Part shown: positions 1-12,430 of the stretch, one piece after another
How the letters are laid out: each line of letters opens with the position of its first letter
Numbering within the stretch: position 1 is the stretch's first letter
From: Octopus sinensis
Lineage: Eukaryota
Direction of reading: 5' to 3'
DNA length: 64,000 bases
Assembly: GCF_006345805.1 (NCBI RefSeq)
Contig: NC_043006.1
Span: 50,840,001-50,904,000 of the forward strand
Position numbers and translations under genes: made by a program
Notes under the pieces: model-generated
Told to the model about the DNA's origin: nothing
Database searches by the model: none
The model's input: the letters and a program-made list of their open reading frames with translations, nothing else

Positions 1-1029
1 GCGGCGCCATTCGCCCTTCTTCGGCCTCTTTTTGATCCACGACTGTAGTTCGGTCATGGAGACGAGTTGCGGGAATGCGTGCCTCACAAACGGCGACCAC
101 ACCTGTTCACCGTCGTCTACATAGAGCCGGAGATGTCGCAGTCTCAGCGCGTGTCTGCGCATCATCAACCACGGCATGCCCAGCCCTCCTTTTAACGGGT
201 GTTGACAGCAAATGGATCGTCTGACCATCGGGACGCATCCTTTCCACAAGAAGCGGAAGAGGATGCGTTCTATTTTGGTGATGTTAGGGTCGGGACAAGG
301 TACGACGGTCAGGCGGTAGTAGATGATGGACGCGATGTACGCGTTCACCACCTCCGCCCGACCTTTTAGGGACAGTTTCCTCTCGGCCCATTGCTGGGCG
401 AGAGTGACCACCCTACTCGTTATCTCGTTCCAGTTCTTCTCCATTTGGAGGTCCGGACCGAACCAGACCCCGAGCAACTCAACCGGGCCGTCTGTCCAGC
501 GTCCCACGACGGAGGTACTGGTGGACGGCATGGGTTTGCTTCTCCAGGTGCCGAGTCGCAAGCCACTGACTTTTCCCGGTTGATTTTGCTCCTGTCACCG
601 CTTCGTAGTCTTTCAGTGTCTCGCCGACCCGCTCGATGTGCTCGTGGCTTGACACTATGACGGTGACGTCGTCCGCGTATGCAGACACGCTCGTCCTGCA
701 TCCTAATTCTCGCGGGATGCCCCTCAGAGTCGCCAGCTTCCGCAGTAGTGGCTCAAGAGTCAATACGTATAGAAGCGCCGAGAGGGGGCATCCCTGACGG
801 ACCGAACGTGCAATGTCGAAGGGTCTCGATAGATGTCCATTTACGCGAATTACCGAACGGATGCCTCTGTACAAGGCAGCTATCCAGCCGCGGAAGACGG
901 GACCGAAACCAGCCGCTCTCAGGACTGCCTCCAAGTATCGATGGTCTACCCTATCAAAGGCTTTCGATTGATCCAAGTTGATCAGGGCCCCACCCATGCC
1001 AGGTTCGTTAACTACCCTGTCTATGATGC

Positions 1030-1030
<1 letters not shown>
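1..1030 (-). mobile_element. L1/Tx1-clade non-LTR retrotransposon, 5'-truncated RT fragment (copy 1; continues beyond window start)
   Basis: Minus-strand frame reads GGALINLDQSKAFDRVDH...SVRQGCPLSALLY...SAYADDVTV (RT motifs), then GVWFGPDLQMEKNW after a frameshift; 5' end abuts (GATA)n at ~1030. Confidence 0.92.
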
Positions 1031-1112
<82 letters not shown>

Positions 1113-1115
<3 letters not shown>

Positions 1116-3189
1116 CTTTCTTTTATTAGCCACACAGGCTGAATACAGAGGGGACAAATACAAATGCAGAGCTTTTCTTTTCGAGGGTGGAAAAAAATAA
1201 AAAATGTAAGATTGCGATCAAAAGGGATCGAGAGGAGGAAAAAAAAGGAAAAAAAAAAGAAAATCGTGTATCACAGAAATGGTGTTAACATTGATATAAC
1301 AAGATTGGGTTCATCCGTGGGAAGAAAAGCCTACAGAAAAGACCACGGGAACCCCAGTCAGGGAGGAAATAAACACATGAGGTCAAAAATGCTTCCTCTT
1401 TCTTCTTTTTACGATCATGCTCAAACTGGTTTCGTTACTAGCACGCACCATCTTTGCAACATTCACCCATCTTTTTTGAATCTTTCGCGAGACAAAACTT
1501 CCCTCTCCATTCTCACCTTCCTTTTCAAGTGGTACTTGAAAAAGTTGATGAGCGATTGGCCAGAGAGGTAAGTGTTTGTCTCTAATCCTTTCGCTCGAGT
1601 CCACCACACCATTCTTTCACCATGGCCACCAGTACGATGAAAACTGCCTTGCCTTCCCGGTTGAGGGAAGGGGGCGGAGCAATTCTCACGATAGACTCGG
1701 CCGATAGGCGGATTCGTCCCACACGTGACAGGAGCCGTTCGGCATAGCCCACAGGTCGGAAATGGTTGGACATTGCACGAGTGCGTGCAGAACGGTTTCG
1801 TCGCTCTGACCGCATCTCGGGCAAGTCGGTCCAGTGTGTCTGGAACCGTGTCTGTAGAGCTTATCCCGAACAGGTAATGCTTCTCGATAGCACTGCCAGG
1901 CCAGGGATCTTTGGTGATTGTTCATAGGTCCCGGCCCGAAAGTTGTCCTGAACAGGCGGGTCAGGTGTTCCTCGTCGACGCCCAGACTCTGCCCGAGTTC
2001 GTCGTCGCACCTCCCCTCCACTAATCCTCTATAGAATGCCTTTGTTGTGATGGAGTCGCACAAGTTCGATCCCGGACGGCAGAGTTGCTTGAGAGCAACG
2101 CGACACTCGCGGTGCCATTCGCCTAGCCTCGGTCTCTGCTTGATCCATGACTGTAGTTCGTCCAAGGAGACGAGCTGCGGGAAAAGCGCGCCGCACAAAA
2201 GGCGACCACCCCTGTTCACCGTTTCTATGAAGCGCCGGAGATGTCGCAGTCTCAGCGCATGTCTGCGCATCATCAATCACAGCATGCCCAGCCCTCATTT
2301 AGCGGGTGTTGGCAGCAAATGGATCGCCTAACCATCGGAACGTTTCCCTTCCACAAGAAGCGGAAGAGTATGCGTTCCAGTTTGGTGATGGTAGGGTCGG
2401 GACAAGGCACGACGGTCAGACGATACTCGATGACGGATGCGATGTACGCGTTCGCCACCTCCGCCCGACCTTTTAGGGATAGCTTTCTCTCAGTCCATTT
2501 CTGGGTGAGAGTAGCCACCCTAGTCGTTATCTCGCCCCAGTTCTTCTCCATTTGGAGGTCTGGACCGAACCAGACCCCGAGCAATTTAACCGGTCCGTCG
2601 TCCAGCGTCCCACGATGGAGACGCTGTTGGACGGCATGGGCTTGCTTCTCCAGGTGCCGAGCCGCAAGCCCACTGACTTTTCCGGTTAATTTTTGCTCCC
2701 GTTACCGCTTCGTATTCTTTCAGTGTCTCGCCGACCAGCTCGATGTGCTCGTAGCTCGACACTATGACGGTGACGTCATCCGCGTATGCAGACACGCTCC
2801 TCCCGCATCCCAGTTCTCGTGGGATGCCCCTCAGCGTCGCCAGTTTCCGCAGTAGTGGCTCAAGAGTCAGTACATACAGCAGCGATGAGAGGGGACATCC
2901 CTGACGAACCGAACGCATGATGTTAAAAGGTCTGGATAGATGACTATTTACGCGAACTACTGAGCGGATGCCGCTGTATAAGGCAGCGATCCAACCGCGG
3001 AAAACTGGACCGAAACCAGCCGCTTTGAGGACAGCCTCCAAGTAGTGATGGTCTACCCTATCGAAGGCTTTTGATTGATCCAAATTGATCAGCGCCCCAC
3101 CCATGCCAGGATTTTAACTACTCTGTCTATGATGTAGCGCATCAGGTGGAGGTTGTCATGAATACTTATACCCGGCACGGCGCATGTTT

Positions 3190-3190
<1 letters not shown>
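1113..3190 (-). mobile_element. L1/Tx1-clade LINE, 5'-truncated copy 2 (RT, C-terminal CCHC knuckle, 3' UTR), frameshifted
   Basis: ORFs 2586-3104 (LDQSKAFDRVDH, QGCPLS, YADD), 2273-2584 and 1686-2276 (CPRCGQSDETVLHALVQC); 3' end on minus strand is GCTAATAAAAGAAAGT followed by (TATC)n. Confidence 0.92.
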
Positions 3191-3254
<64 letters not shown>

Positions 3255-3279
3255 GTAGTTAGGTAGGTATGTAGGTAGG

Positions 3280-3400
3280 TAAGTAAGTTTATTAGCCACA
3301 CAGGGGGGACAAAATACAATGTAGAGCTTTTCTTTTCGAAAACAGAAAAAAAGGAGGAGAAAATAAATTTTCCATGAAAAGGGATCGCATACAAAAAAGA
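3280..3400 (-). mobile_element. 3'-UTR-only fragment of the same Tx1-like family (copy 3)
   Basis: tttattagccacacagg...gggacaaaatacaatgtagagcttttcttttcga matches 1120-1165; tail is a degenerate (TATC/TACC)n tract at 3190-3285. Confidence 0.75.
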
Positions 3401-3479
3401 GATAGCTAGAATATATATATTATATGCATATTATATATATATATAATATATATATATATACATATACATAATATATATA

Positions 3480-3554
<75 letters not shown>

Positions 3555-3696
3555 ATATGTATGTACATATATATATGTATGTACATATATATATGTACAT
3601 ACATATATGCAATATATATATAATATATATACATAAATATTATATATATAATATATATATATACATATATATATTAAATATGTATATACATATATA

Positions 3697-3740
<44 letters not shown>

Positions 3741-3946
3741 GAGTATAGTGAGACTTGAGATTTCAGTTTTCCTCTCTAATCTCGGTTTCCTATGAGGTGA
3801 TTTGTTCTTCACCTAGTGCGAAATTCCGAGCAATGACAAACAAAAGCTTAAAGTTCCACCTTTTCAGTAATTGAGTAAATAAAATCGAAGACATATCTGA
3901 ATAGTAGATTGATTTATATATATATATTTATACCCTGATGCATGTA

Positions 3947-4325
3947 TTTTGAATCATATAATAATACATATATCCGTGATTTCTATAGCTTTTTACATTT
4001 ACGTATATACATTGCGAATATACACTACGCCTTAATTAAGCACACGAAGATTGCATGTATATGTGTATCTGCGCATGAGCGTATGTTTTTGAGCGTGTGT
4101 GGGTTCATGTGTGCATGTGTATGTGTATGTGTATGTGTATGTGCGTGTGTGAGTGTATAAACATATGTATATGTATATACATATACATATATGAATGTGT
4201 TTGCACCCTCGTTTCCTTCTTGAAAAAACTTTTCAGAGATATTAAAAAAAGAATTCGCAATGTATATACGTAAATGTAAAAAGCTATAGAAATCATGGAT
4301 ATATGTATTATTATATGATTCAAAA
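3947..4325. repeat. 73-bp inverted repeat with 233-bp spacer (MITE-like or foldback)
   Basis: 3947-4019 is the reverse complement of 4253-4325 with one mismatch. Confidence 0.85.
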
Positions 4326-4888
4326 GAATTGTGTCGTTGCACTTATATTCAACACCAAAATTCTGTAGGTGTAAGAAAGTGAAGAAAAAAGACTAAATCA
4401 ACGACAGCAAAAAATTATACCACCAGGGGCTTAGGAGAAGATATAATCAAAAGGAATTATAAGAAAACCCAAGAGACGGAGTGAGAAAATAGAGAATCAG
4501 AAAGGAGAAAAGAAAAGTAGTTTAAGTCATCATGATTTAGCTGTAGTTTTGAAAGAATATTGAGCTAATCAAATTATATCGTCTTTTAAATAGCCAACTT
4601 TGAGGTTTGGTTTACTGTAATATGTTTTAGAGAAGTAACATCACTCAGGATGCGTGATTTTTTCAAAAAAGATTTTTTAAACTTCTATTAATTTATACAC
4701 TAAATTTCTTTTTCGTTATTTTGTGTAGTTTAATTAGGATTGTAATTATAGCTGTAATTAAATTATGTTACTTCCTAAATTTAAAAATAAATAAAACAAC
4801 GATAATTATGTTTAAAGATATTTAACAGAACACCCCTAGATCCGATTTAGAAATCATACATACACACACATAGAAAATTAATATGTGC

Positions 4889-4931
<43 letters not shown>

Positions 4932-5091
4932 TGTGTGTGTGTGTTTAACTAATGGCATAATAAATCATTCAGATACCTGAATTAATTCAAATAATTTGAA
5001 AATAAGGGGAATATTTATTGCAATAAAATATTTTCTGTACTTAGTTTTATACATTTAAATCTATATATACCGACTGTCAGACAGACTGACT

Positions 5092-5233
<142 letters not shown>

Positions 5234-5299
5234 CGACGGACAGACATGCAGACGGACGGACATACATTAATACTTGTGTCACCATAAATACTTAAGTTA

Positions 5300-5530
5300 A
5301 TGTAGCTATGAGTTTGATTTCAAATTTTGGCACAAGGCCAGCAATTTTGGGGGCGGTAAAAGTTGCTTACATCGACCCCAGTGCCCGACTAGTATTTATT
5401 TAATCGACCCCGAAAGTATGAAAGGCAAAGTAGACCTCGGTGCAATTTGAAATCAGACCGTAAACACGGACGAAATGCCGCTAAACATTCTGTCCGGCGT
5501 GCTAACGATTTTGTCAGTTCGCTGTCCTAC
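5300..5530 (-). mobile_element. SINE family B copy (degenerate)
   Basis: Reverse complement of the ggcgagctggcagaatcgttag...gagttcaaattccgccgaggtcgactttgcc...ggggtcgat consensus seen at 14800 and 52890. Confidence 0.7.
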
Positions 5531-6448
5531 TGCAGATATAAATATTTACAACCGTAGACCTCTTGCTAGTGTAACTGAAATCACGTCGTGGTAACAAAAC
5601 CGTCACTTCAATTTACGTTCAGTCATTTCTAAGTAATATTCCATTTCAGTTGATTGCCTGAGATAATAACAGCTTCATACAGGGCATTCAGTTGCATTCT
5701 TTGTCTAAAGTAGCTGCATGCTGAAGGCTAAAACGGCATTGACAAGTCGATCAATCAATCATGGACGAATTTTATGAAATACTTGCTCAGTATTGAACCA
5801 AACTTTTCCTGAAGTCATTTTTGCCATCAAGCCATTAAAAAAAAGGAAATCTAAATTGGAAACCATTTCACTATCTTAAGAGTGAGTGCGAAGGCTGTTG
5901 AAAATATATTTTCTTCGCCCGTTTATCACTGTCCTTATTTTATTATTTTAACTCATGTCCATTGTCCAGAAATCTTTCCTCATGCATTTGCGACCTCTTC
6001 AGCAACACTTTTCGTTTTCATGTGTGTCTTTGCTCCACTTACTCTGTTCTGCTCTTCTAAGATGTATATCCTTATGTGCGCATGTGTTTGTGTCCTTATT
6101 TGTATAACAAAAACTGCATAAGTCTGAAAGAGGAAATACTTTCTAAGATGTAGAGCAGTATATATTAAACATGGGAGGGTCGCTTTCCGGGATTACCTCG
6201 AGTTTCCCGTCCATAAAGTGTTTAGCATTATGGTGTATCGTCAGATCCCAAAAATTTTTTGGCCCATGACATCTTAAGGTAACAATTAGGGATTATCTCT
6301 TTTTGTTTTCGCCTATCGACTTCCGGCTATGCCGCCATCTTGTGGGCTCCGAAAACGGAGATTTTGAGCCATGTTTACAGGCGCACACACACGCATATAT
6401 GTATATATGTATGTGTATATAGAGAAAATTGCAGAGCAAATGTATAGA

Positions 6449-6495
<47 letters not shown>

Positions 6496-6505
6496 GCAAG
6501 CAGGA

Positions 6506-6567
<62 letters not shown>

Positions 6568-6867
6568 ACAGAGTTCCAGTAAATTGCTATTTTACTTTTA
6601 ATGTTTACAAAATGTAATCGAGATATTGCTGAACGTGTTTGCAAATAGCATGATTGAAACATGCCTAGGGCTTAAATATTAGGAAGTTAGTTCATATAAT
6701 TGGTTGATTAGATGTTTATAAAAGATATAAAAACTGGAAATGCGAAAAATAATTGGTACGAATACGGGGAAAGAAACGCAAACACAAACAAACCAATCAC
6801 ACATGCATACATACATACATACATACATGTTTGTCATTTTATGTGTGTGTATGTGTGTGTGCGCGCA

Positions 6868-7243
6868 GGCGCAATGGCCCAGTGGTTAGGACAGCGAACT
6901 TGCGGTCGTAAGATCGCGGTTTCGATTCCCAGACCGGGCGTTGTGAGTGTTTATGAAGCGAAAACATCTAAAGCTCCACGAGGCTCCGACAGGGAGTGGT
7001 GGCGAACCCTGCTGTACTCTTTCACCACAACTTTCTCTCACTCTTTCTTCCCGTTTCTATTGTGCCTGTAATTCGAAGGGCAGCCTTGTCACACTATCTG
7101 ACACTGAATCTCACCGAGAACTACGTAAAGGGCACACGGTGTCTGTGGAGTGCTCAGCCACTTGCACGTTAATTTCATGAGCAGACTGTTCCGTTGATCG
7201 GATCGACTGGAACCCTCGTTGTCGTAACCGACGGAGTGCCACA
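6868..7243 (+). mobile_element. tRNA-derived SINE family C, apparently full length
   Basis: A-box-like TGGCCCAGTGG and B-box-like GTTTCGATTCC head; partial second copy at ~8062-8200. Confidence 0.7.
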
Positions 7244-7294
7244 ATATATATATATAAAGATGTTACCAGTTTTGTATGGAAATTAATGTTATCA

Positions 7295-7650
7295 TAGGCG
7301 CAGAAGCGGGTGTGTGGTAATTAGTTTGATTAACCACTTAGTTCCAGGTTCAGTCCCACTACGTGTCTTCTACTATAGCTTCGGGCCAACCAAAGCCCTG
7401 TGAATGGATTTGGTAGACGGAAACTGAAAGAAGCCCGTCGTATATATGTGTGTGCGTGTGTGTGTACGCGTGTGTGTGGAGGGATGGCTGTGTATATTTT
7501 GTATGTCTGTTTTTGTCCCACCGACATCGCTTCACAACCGATAGAATAATTACTAGGCTTACAAAGAATCAGTCCTGGAGTCGATTTGCCCGCATAAAGG
7601 CGGTGCTCCAGCATGGTGCAGTCAAATGACTGAAACAAATAAAAGAATAC
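7295..7650 (+). mobile_element. tRNA-derived SINE family A
   Basis: ggcgcag...tgtggtaa...ggttcagtccc head, gacggaaactgaaagaagcccgtcg core, central microsatellite, ggcggtgctccagcatgg...aaatgactgaaac tail; same family recurs ~9 times in window. Confidence 0.85.
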
Positions 7651-7659
7651 ACTGCATAA

Positions 7660-7920
7660 TGCCAAAGATAACGTCTTCTGCATCTCGGATAAGGACCCAG
7701 TATTGCACCATCTGTGGTTTCAGGGTTTCAGGGGGCCACTACTGTTTAACATCCTGGCAAACATCCTCAAGGATTTGCGAGGTATAGATGTGGAAAATTT
7801 CAAAAAGCACCTGGACAAATTTCTATCTGAAATCCTAGACAAACCCACATCGCGGCAGAAGGCATAAAGAAGAGCTGTTCCGTCCAACTCGCTTCTTCAC
7901 CAAAAACACTAGGGTATTAA
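7660..7920 (+). mobile_element. CR1-clade LINE 3'-end relic
   Basis: Translates GFRGPLLFNILANILKDLRGIDVENFKKHLDKFLSEILDKPTSRQKA*RRAVPSNSLLHQ, resembling CR1 ORF2 C-termini. Confidence 0.65.
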
Positions 7921-8209
7921 AATGACTAGTTTGTCTAGACATGTCAAATGGACTACCTCGGAATGAGTCTATATATCCAACTAAACTCGGATATTGAGAT
8001 GGATGAGTATGTGCACATAAATACGTACGTGTATGTGTGACGTTATATACATACACACATGTGGAGGCACAAAGGCCCAGTGGTTAGGTCAGCGGACTCG
8101 CAGTCGTGGGATCGCAGTTTTGATTCTCAGACAGGGTGTTGTGAGTGTTTATTGAGCGAAAACACCTCAAGCTCCACGAGGCTCCGGCAGGGAGGGCTGC
8201 AATCAGAAA

Positions 8210-8830
8210 ACCACTACTTTCAAAAACAAACGTTGCCAACAGTTTAGAGGAGAGTAAAAACTTACAGAAATAAGTCCGTAGGGTAGTGGAAGAATATTTT
8301 CTTGGAAGAGTCATCCTTTACTTTATTTCCGACCACTGGCCGATATACGTGTGGAGACAGCCATACAAGCATTTGACACAGACTGCCTTCTTCCAACTGT
8401 TAAACATGGAAGAGGATCTGTGATGATCTGGGGTACTATATCTCGGAAATCCGCCGACCCAATGATTTCCCTTCATAGCAGAATTAATAGTCAAGACTAT
8501 TTAAGCATTTTATTTGATCAAATTCATCCTATTGTTGCGGAACTGCTTCCGGAGCGGAACGCAATCTTTCAGGATGATTACTGTACCAATTCACACACCT
8601 AAATTTATTACTGAATGACACGAGGACATCCTTAGTAAAGTTGAACATCTTATCTGGCTACCACACTCTCCAGATCTCAATATTATTGAACATTTATGAG
8701 TACATTTTAGAAAAACAAGTAAGAAGTCGATATCCTCCACCATCATCACTACAAGAACTGGAGACTGTTTTCGCTGAAGAATGGACAAAGATTCCTTTGG
8801 AAACAATTCAAACTTTGTACGAGACCATAC
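8210..8830 (+). pseudogene. Tc1-like DDE transposase relic
   Basis: WKNIFLEESSFTLF (degenerate first D), PTVKHGRGSVMIWG, IFQDD, WLPHSPDLNIIEH...LEKQVR...LQELETVFAEEWTKIP across frameshifts. Confidence 0.9.
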
Positions 8831-8834
8831 CTCG

Positions 8835-9075
8835 CATATTCGTGTGGCATCGTCCGTTTTTCTGTCCTTGTTCCGTATACATTCGATCCTTTTTCCAAGA
8901 AATCTAATGCTCGTAGCTTAGTTTTTCCTTGGGGCTGGCCGGATCGAAGCGATCTCAAGATTAATCAGCCGAAATTGCGAGGATGATCCGGTTCTTGACT
9001 GAAGATTAGAGGCTTCGAATGACCCGTCCGTTTTTTGTGTCGTCTATTTGAATGTTTTGCGTTCTTGTCCCATTT
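8835..9075 (+). repeat. Short (TA)n-adjacent dispersed repeat (family D); inverted copy at ~45255-45640
   Basis: gttcttgtcccattttgtattt end and internal blocks match the reverse complement of 45255-45520. Confidence 0.7.
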
Positions 9076-9151
9076 TGTATTTTTATATATATATTTTTAT
9101 ACATATATATATACATATATATACACATGTATGCATATATTTATATATATG

Positions 9152-9232
<81 letters not shown>

Positions 9233-9242
9233 GGAAAAATTC

Positions 9243-9455
9243 TATATATATAGTGAGAATTTACAAAAACAAACAGAAGACGAAGACGGGTGTGTAAACA
9301 ATAAACAGATGTATTAGTTTAACGCTCAGGAAGAGAGAAATTCTTTTACATTTCGGGCCTACGCTCCTCGACAGAAAAGAACACAGAAATAAACAGGGAG
9401 AGAAAATGAAAAAAGGGTTTAGTAGCTAGCGATCTATCATGGCGAATGCCAGACG

Positions 9456-9460
<5 letters not shown>
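9243..9460 (-). mobile_element. Hammerhead-bearing short element, family H-A (PLE pLTR/retrozyme-like)
   Basis: Minus strand 9341-9380 CTGTCGAGGAGCGTAGGCCCGAAATGTAAAAGAA; flanked by (TA)n; homologous to 21424-21617 and 26030-26222. Confidence 0.7.
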
Positions 9461-9489
<29 letters not shown>

Positions 9490-9493
<4 letters not shown>

Positions 9494-9687
9494 ATCCAAA
9501 CATGAAAACACAACACCGCAAGGACGTAGAACAAGTATAGTGTTAGGCACGCTCGGGAAAGGAAAGAAAGAAGGAGGATTTAACGCTTCGAGCGGAGCTC
9601 TTCGTCAGAAACATAGGAAAAGGAAAGATCCAAGGAAAGGAAGACGGAGGTAAAAATTGCCAGCGATACACACGCGGTCACATTTTG

Positions 9688-9690
<3 letters not shown>
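9490..9690 (-). mobile_element. Hammerhead-bearing short element, family H-B
   Basis: Minus strand ~9580-9612 GTTTCTGACGAAGAGCTCCGCTCGAAGCGTTAAAT; flanked by (TA)n; homologous to 41160-41385. Confidence 0.7.
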
Positions 9691-9729
<39 letters not shown>

Positions 9730-10022
9730 AAATTGAAAATTTTTGTCTTGTCTGAAGGGACATGGAGGTGCGGGGAGCTTTTCATTTTCGAAAGTTTCTC
9801 ATTAAGTTCCGTTTGGAAAGGTAGGTTGACTTTCCTGAATTTGATATTTTTTATCATGAGGAAGAGGTCTTATATATATATATATATATATATATATTTA
9901 ATCAATATAGGGAGGCAAAAAAAATTTTGTAGAATTCCTTTGCCCCCAGCGGCCTAGTGGGAAAAAATTAAATAGTCATAAACCATTTTTAAGTTCAATA
10001 TCACAATCAAGGAACGGCCATA

Positions 10023-10103
10023 ATAGGCCATTCACCCACTAGAAATAACAGTCATATTCACTTGCGGTTGAAGCTTTTGGCTGTTATTCTAGTGGGTGAA
10101 TGG

Positions 10104-10108
<5 letters not shown>
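10023..10108. repeat. ~30-bp inverted repeat hairpin
   Basis: ATAGGCCATTCACCCACTAGAAATAACAGTC (10023-10053) pairs with 10079-10108 with one indel and one mismatch. Confidence 0.85.
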
Positions 10109-10151
<43 letters not shown>

Positions 10152-10229
10152 GCAAAATTGAAATTATATATATATATATATATATATAATTAGCAAAATT
10201 GAAATTATATATATATTACATATACATAT

Positions 10230-10280
<51 letters not shown>

Positions 10281-10568
10281 AGTATATTTATAAATTTATC
10301 ATGAAATATTGTGTCCTCCCTATAATTGCTCGCACTAACACGAGTAGTTTCTTTCTGCCGTTTATACATAAATACACACACACATATGTGTGTGTGTTTT
10401 TGCCTACACGTCATAAAAAGCATAAATCAATTGATCTTATTTTGACAGTGAAAACTGAAGTAAAGCTATAAATATTTCCGTGCAAATATTTACAAGCTAT
10501 TTATTATTTACAGCTTTGTGTTTGGAGTTCAACCCTCAAATAAGAAAGATATAAAATTATATACATCA

Positions 10569-10611
<43 letters not shown>

Positions 10612-10789
10612 TACAGACAGACAGACGGGCAGACAGACAGGCAGATAATCTAATGTGTGTAAAAAAAATAAATCACTTTAGTGTTTTCAATGGTGTTTGA
10701 ATTCTTGAATTCTGTCGTAAACTTCTTGGGAATAAGTTGCTTAAACTTGTAACATAACAGGAACATTCTTAACTGATACAGTTCTATAC

Positions 10790-11460
10790 TTAAGAGATGA
10801 AGAATTATATATATTATTTACATTATTTACATTTGACGGATATTTATCCTTGTCTTGTTTGTTGTCAACACAACGTTTCGGCTGATATACCCTCCAGCAT
10901 TCATCAGGTGTGTTGGGGAAATTTCGAACCCGGATTCTCATTCCTAAGGTATTTTTCGATGTAATTATTACTATTATTATTATTATTATTATTATTATTG
11001 CTATTATTATTATTATTCAGGTCACTGAATAATAATCGAACTCGGAATCTTGGGGCTAGTAGCCCCCGCTCTCAACTGCTACGCCATATGCCCGTGGGCA
11101 ATTATGGAGTGAATTTTAGGGCTTATAAATCTAATATTTTCCTATCCTTCCTTAATACCGGTTCCCATATCCTACTCATATCTGCACTCGGTCTGCTTAG
11201 GAAGTTGTTATGTCCTAGCGTATGTGCTGCTGCTTTTAGTTTTCGTATTTTCCAGTGATGTTCTCTGTCTATTATTTTAACTTCATCCCACAGGGGGAGG
11301 TGGTTTCCATTTTTCCAAACATGATCAGATATACTCGATTTATCAATATCTTCTCGTGTCATAGCTTATTTTGGGGGTGCGGCATGTTTCACCTTTGTAT
11401 AGCCTACCACAGCTGCAGGGGATGGAGTACACGCAGTGTTTGGTCATATTCACTTATATT
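10790..11460 (-). mobile_element. Penelope-like element 3' end: GIY-YIG endonuclease remnant, 3' UTR with (AAT)n, hammerhead motif
   Basis: Minus strand TKHCVYSIPCSCGRLYKGET (GIY-YIG N-terminal motif) and KSSISDHVWKNGNHLPLWDEVKIIDREHHWKIRKLK; downstream CTGATGA...CGAAACGTT at 10868-10911. Confidence 0.85.
10868..10911 (-). ncRNA. Minimal type I hammerhead ribozyme motif (PLE-associated)
   Basis: ACAC-CTGATGA-AT-GCTG-GAGGGTATAT-CAGC-C-GAAAC-GTT-GTGT: helix I ACAC/GTGT, helix II GCTG/CAGC, palindromic AACGTT helix III. Confidence 0.7.
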
Positions 11461-12089
11461 GTGTGTGTGTGCGAATGTGTACAATGCTGTTTAAATTTAA
11501 GCTAAACGTCCAATATTTAGAACATAAATTTTAATATATCCGATCGTGTAAACCGTAACACTCTCTACAACCCGACATCGATCTTAAATATTACAAATGG
11601 AAGTTATGCAATCTCTGAAGATTTGACAATGTGATTCCTTGAGAAATATTTTGTTATATCACCATACAAAAAGAAGAGTTTAAATCCATCATTGTGATCT
11701 ATTTTCCCTTCGGACTTAAATGGAAGCGCTTCTGCTTGTTTGTTTCTTGTTTTTGATGTTTGTTTTGTTTTGTTGTTGTTGTTGTTGTTTGTTTCATTTT
11801 TCAAACTATGCCAGTGCTGGTCGGAATGGATTCTCGTGATACAAAATTTCTCTGCAAGCAAAATTTAATAATGCAGCATATTTTTCCCGATTTTATTGCT
11901 ATTAAACTTCTTATAGTGAACATTAACACTTTTTATCGATTTACTTTGGCCTACTTTTGGGGTAAACCTTTTTAGGAACAATTGTCAAGTCTACGAGAAC
12001 AACTTTATGCATCAATACGAATCGCAAAGACAAATGAGTTTAATACCCTGAGATGTGCAATAAATATACATAATAGATATAAATACGCA

Positions 12090-12124
<35 letters not shown>

Positions 12125-12131
12125 CACACAC

Positions 12132-12164
<33 letters not shown>

Positions 12165-12391
12165 GCATTTATATATTTCACAGCATGCCTTTTCATATGC
12201 TAAGTGAACCTGATGTTTGACCTTATTTACCTGAAAAACAAGGTAAAAAGATTAGGCAGGAGAAAGTTAGAGCTTTTGAAAGAGATGTCCTCAAAGATCT
12301 GACACATTCTGTATATACACACTCACTCACACACACACACACACATGCGCTTACACGTATATACATACATATATATTTATAGTTATATACA

Positions 12392-12430
<39 letters not shown>

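Noticed and set aside
6868-6940. tRNA genes at SINE heads
   Set aside because: A/B boxes are present but they continue directly into SINE bodies and no full cloverleaf could be built
8985-9035. CTGAAGA...GAATGACCCGTC as a hammerhead in family D (also ~45330-45365 on minus)
   Set aside because: No GAAA and no helix I can be closed in either copy
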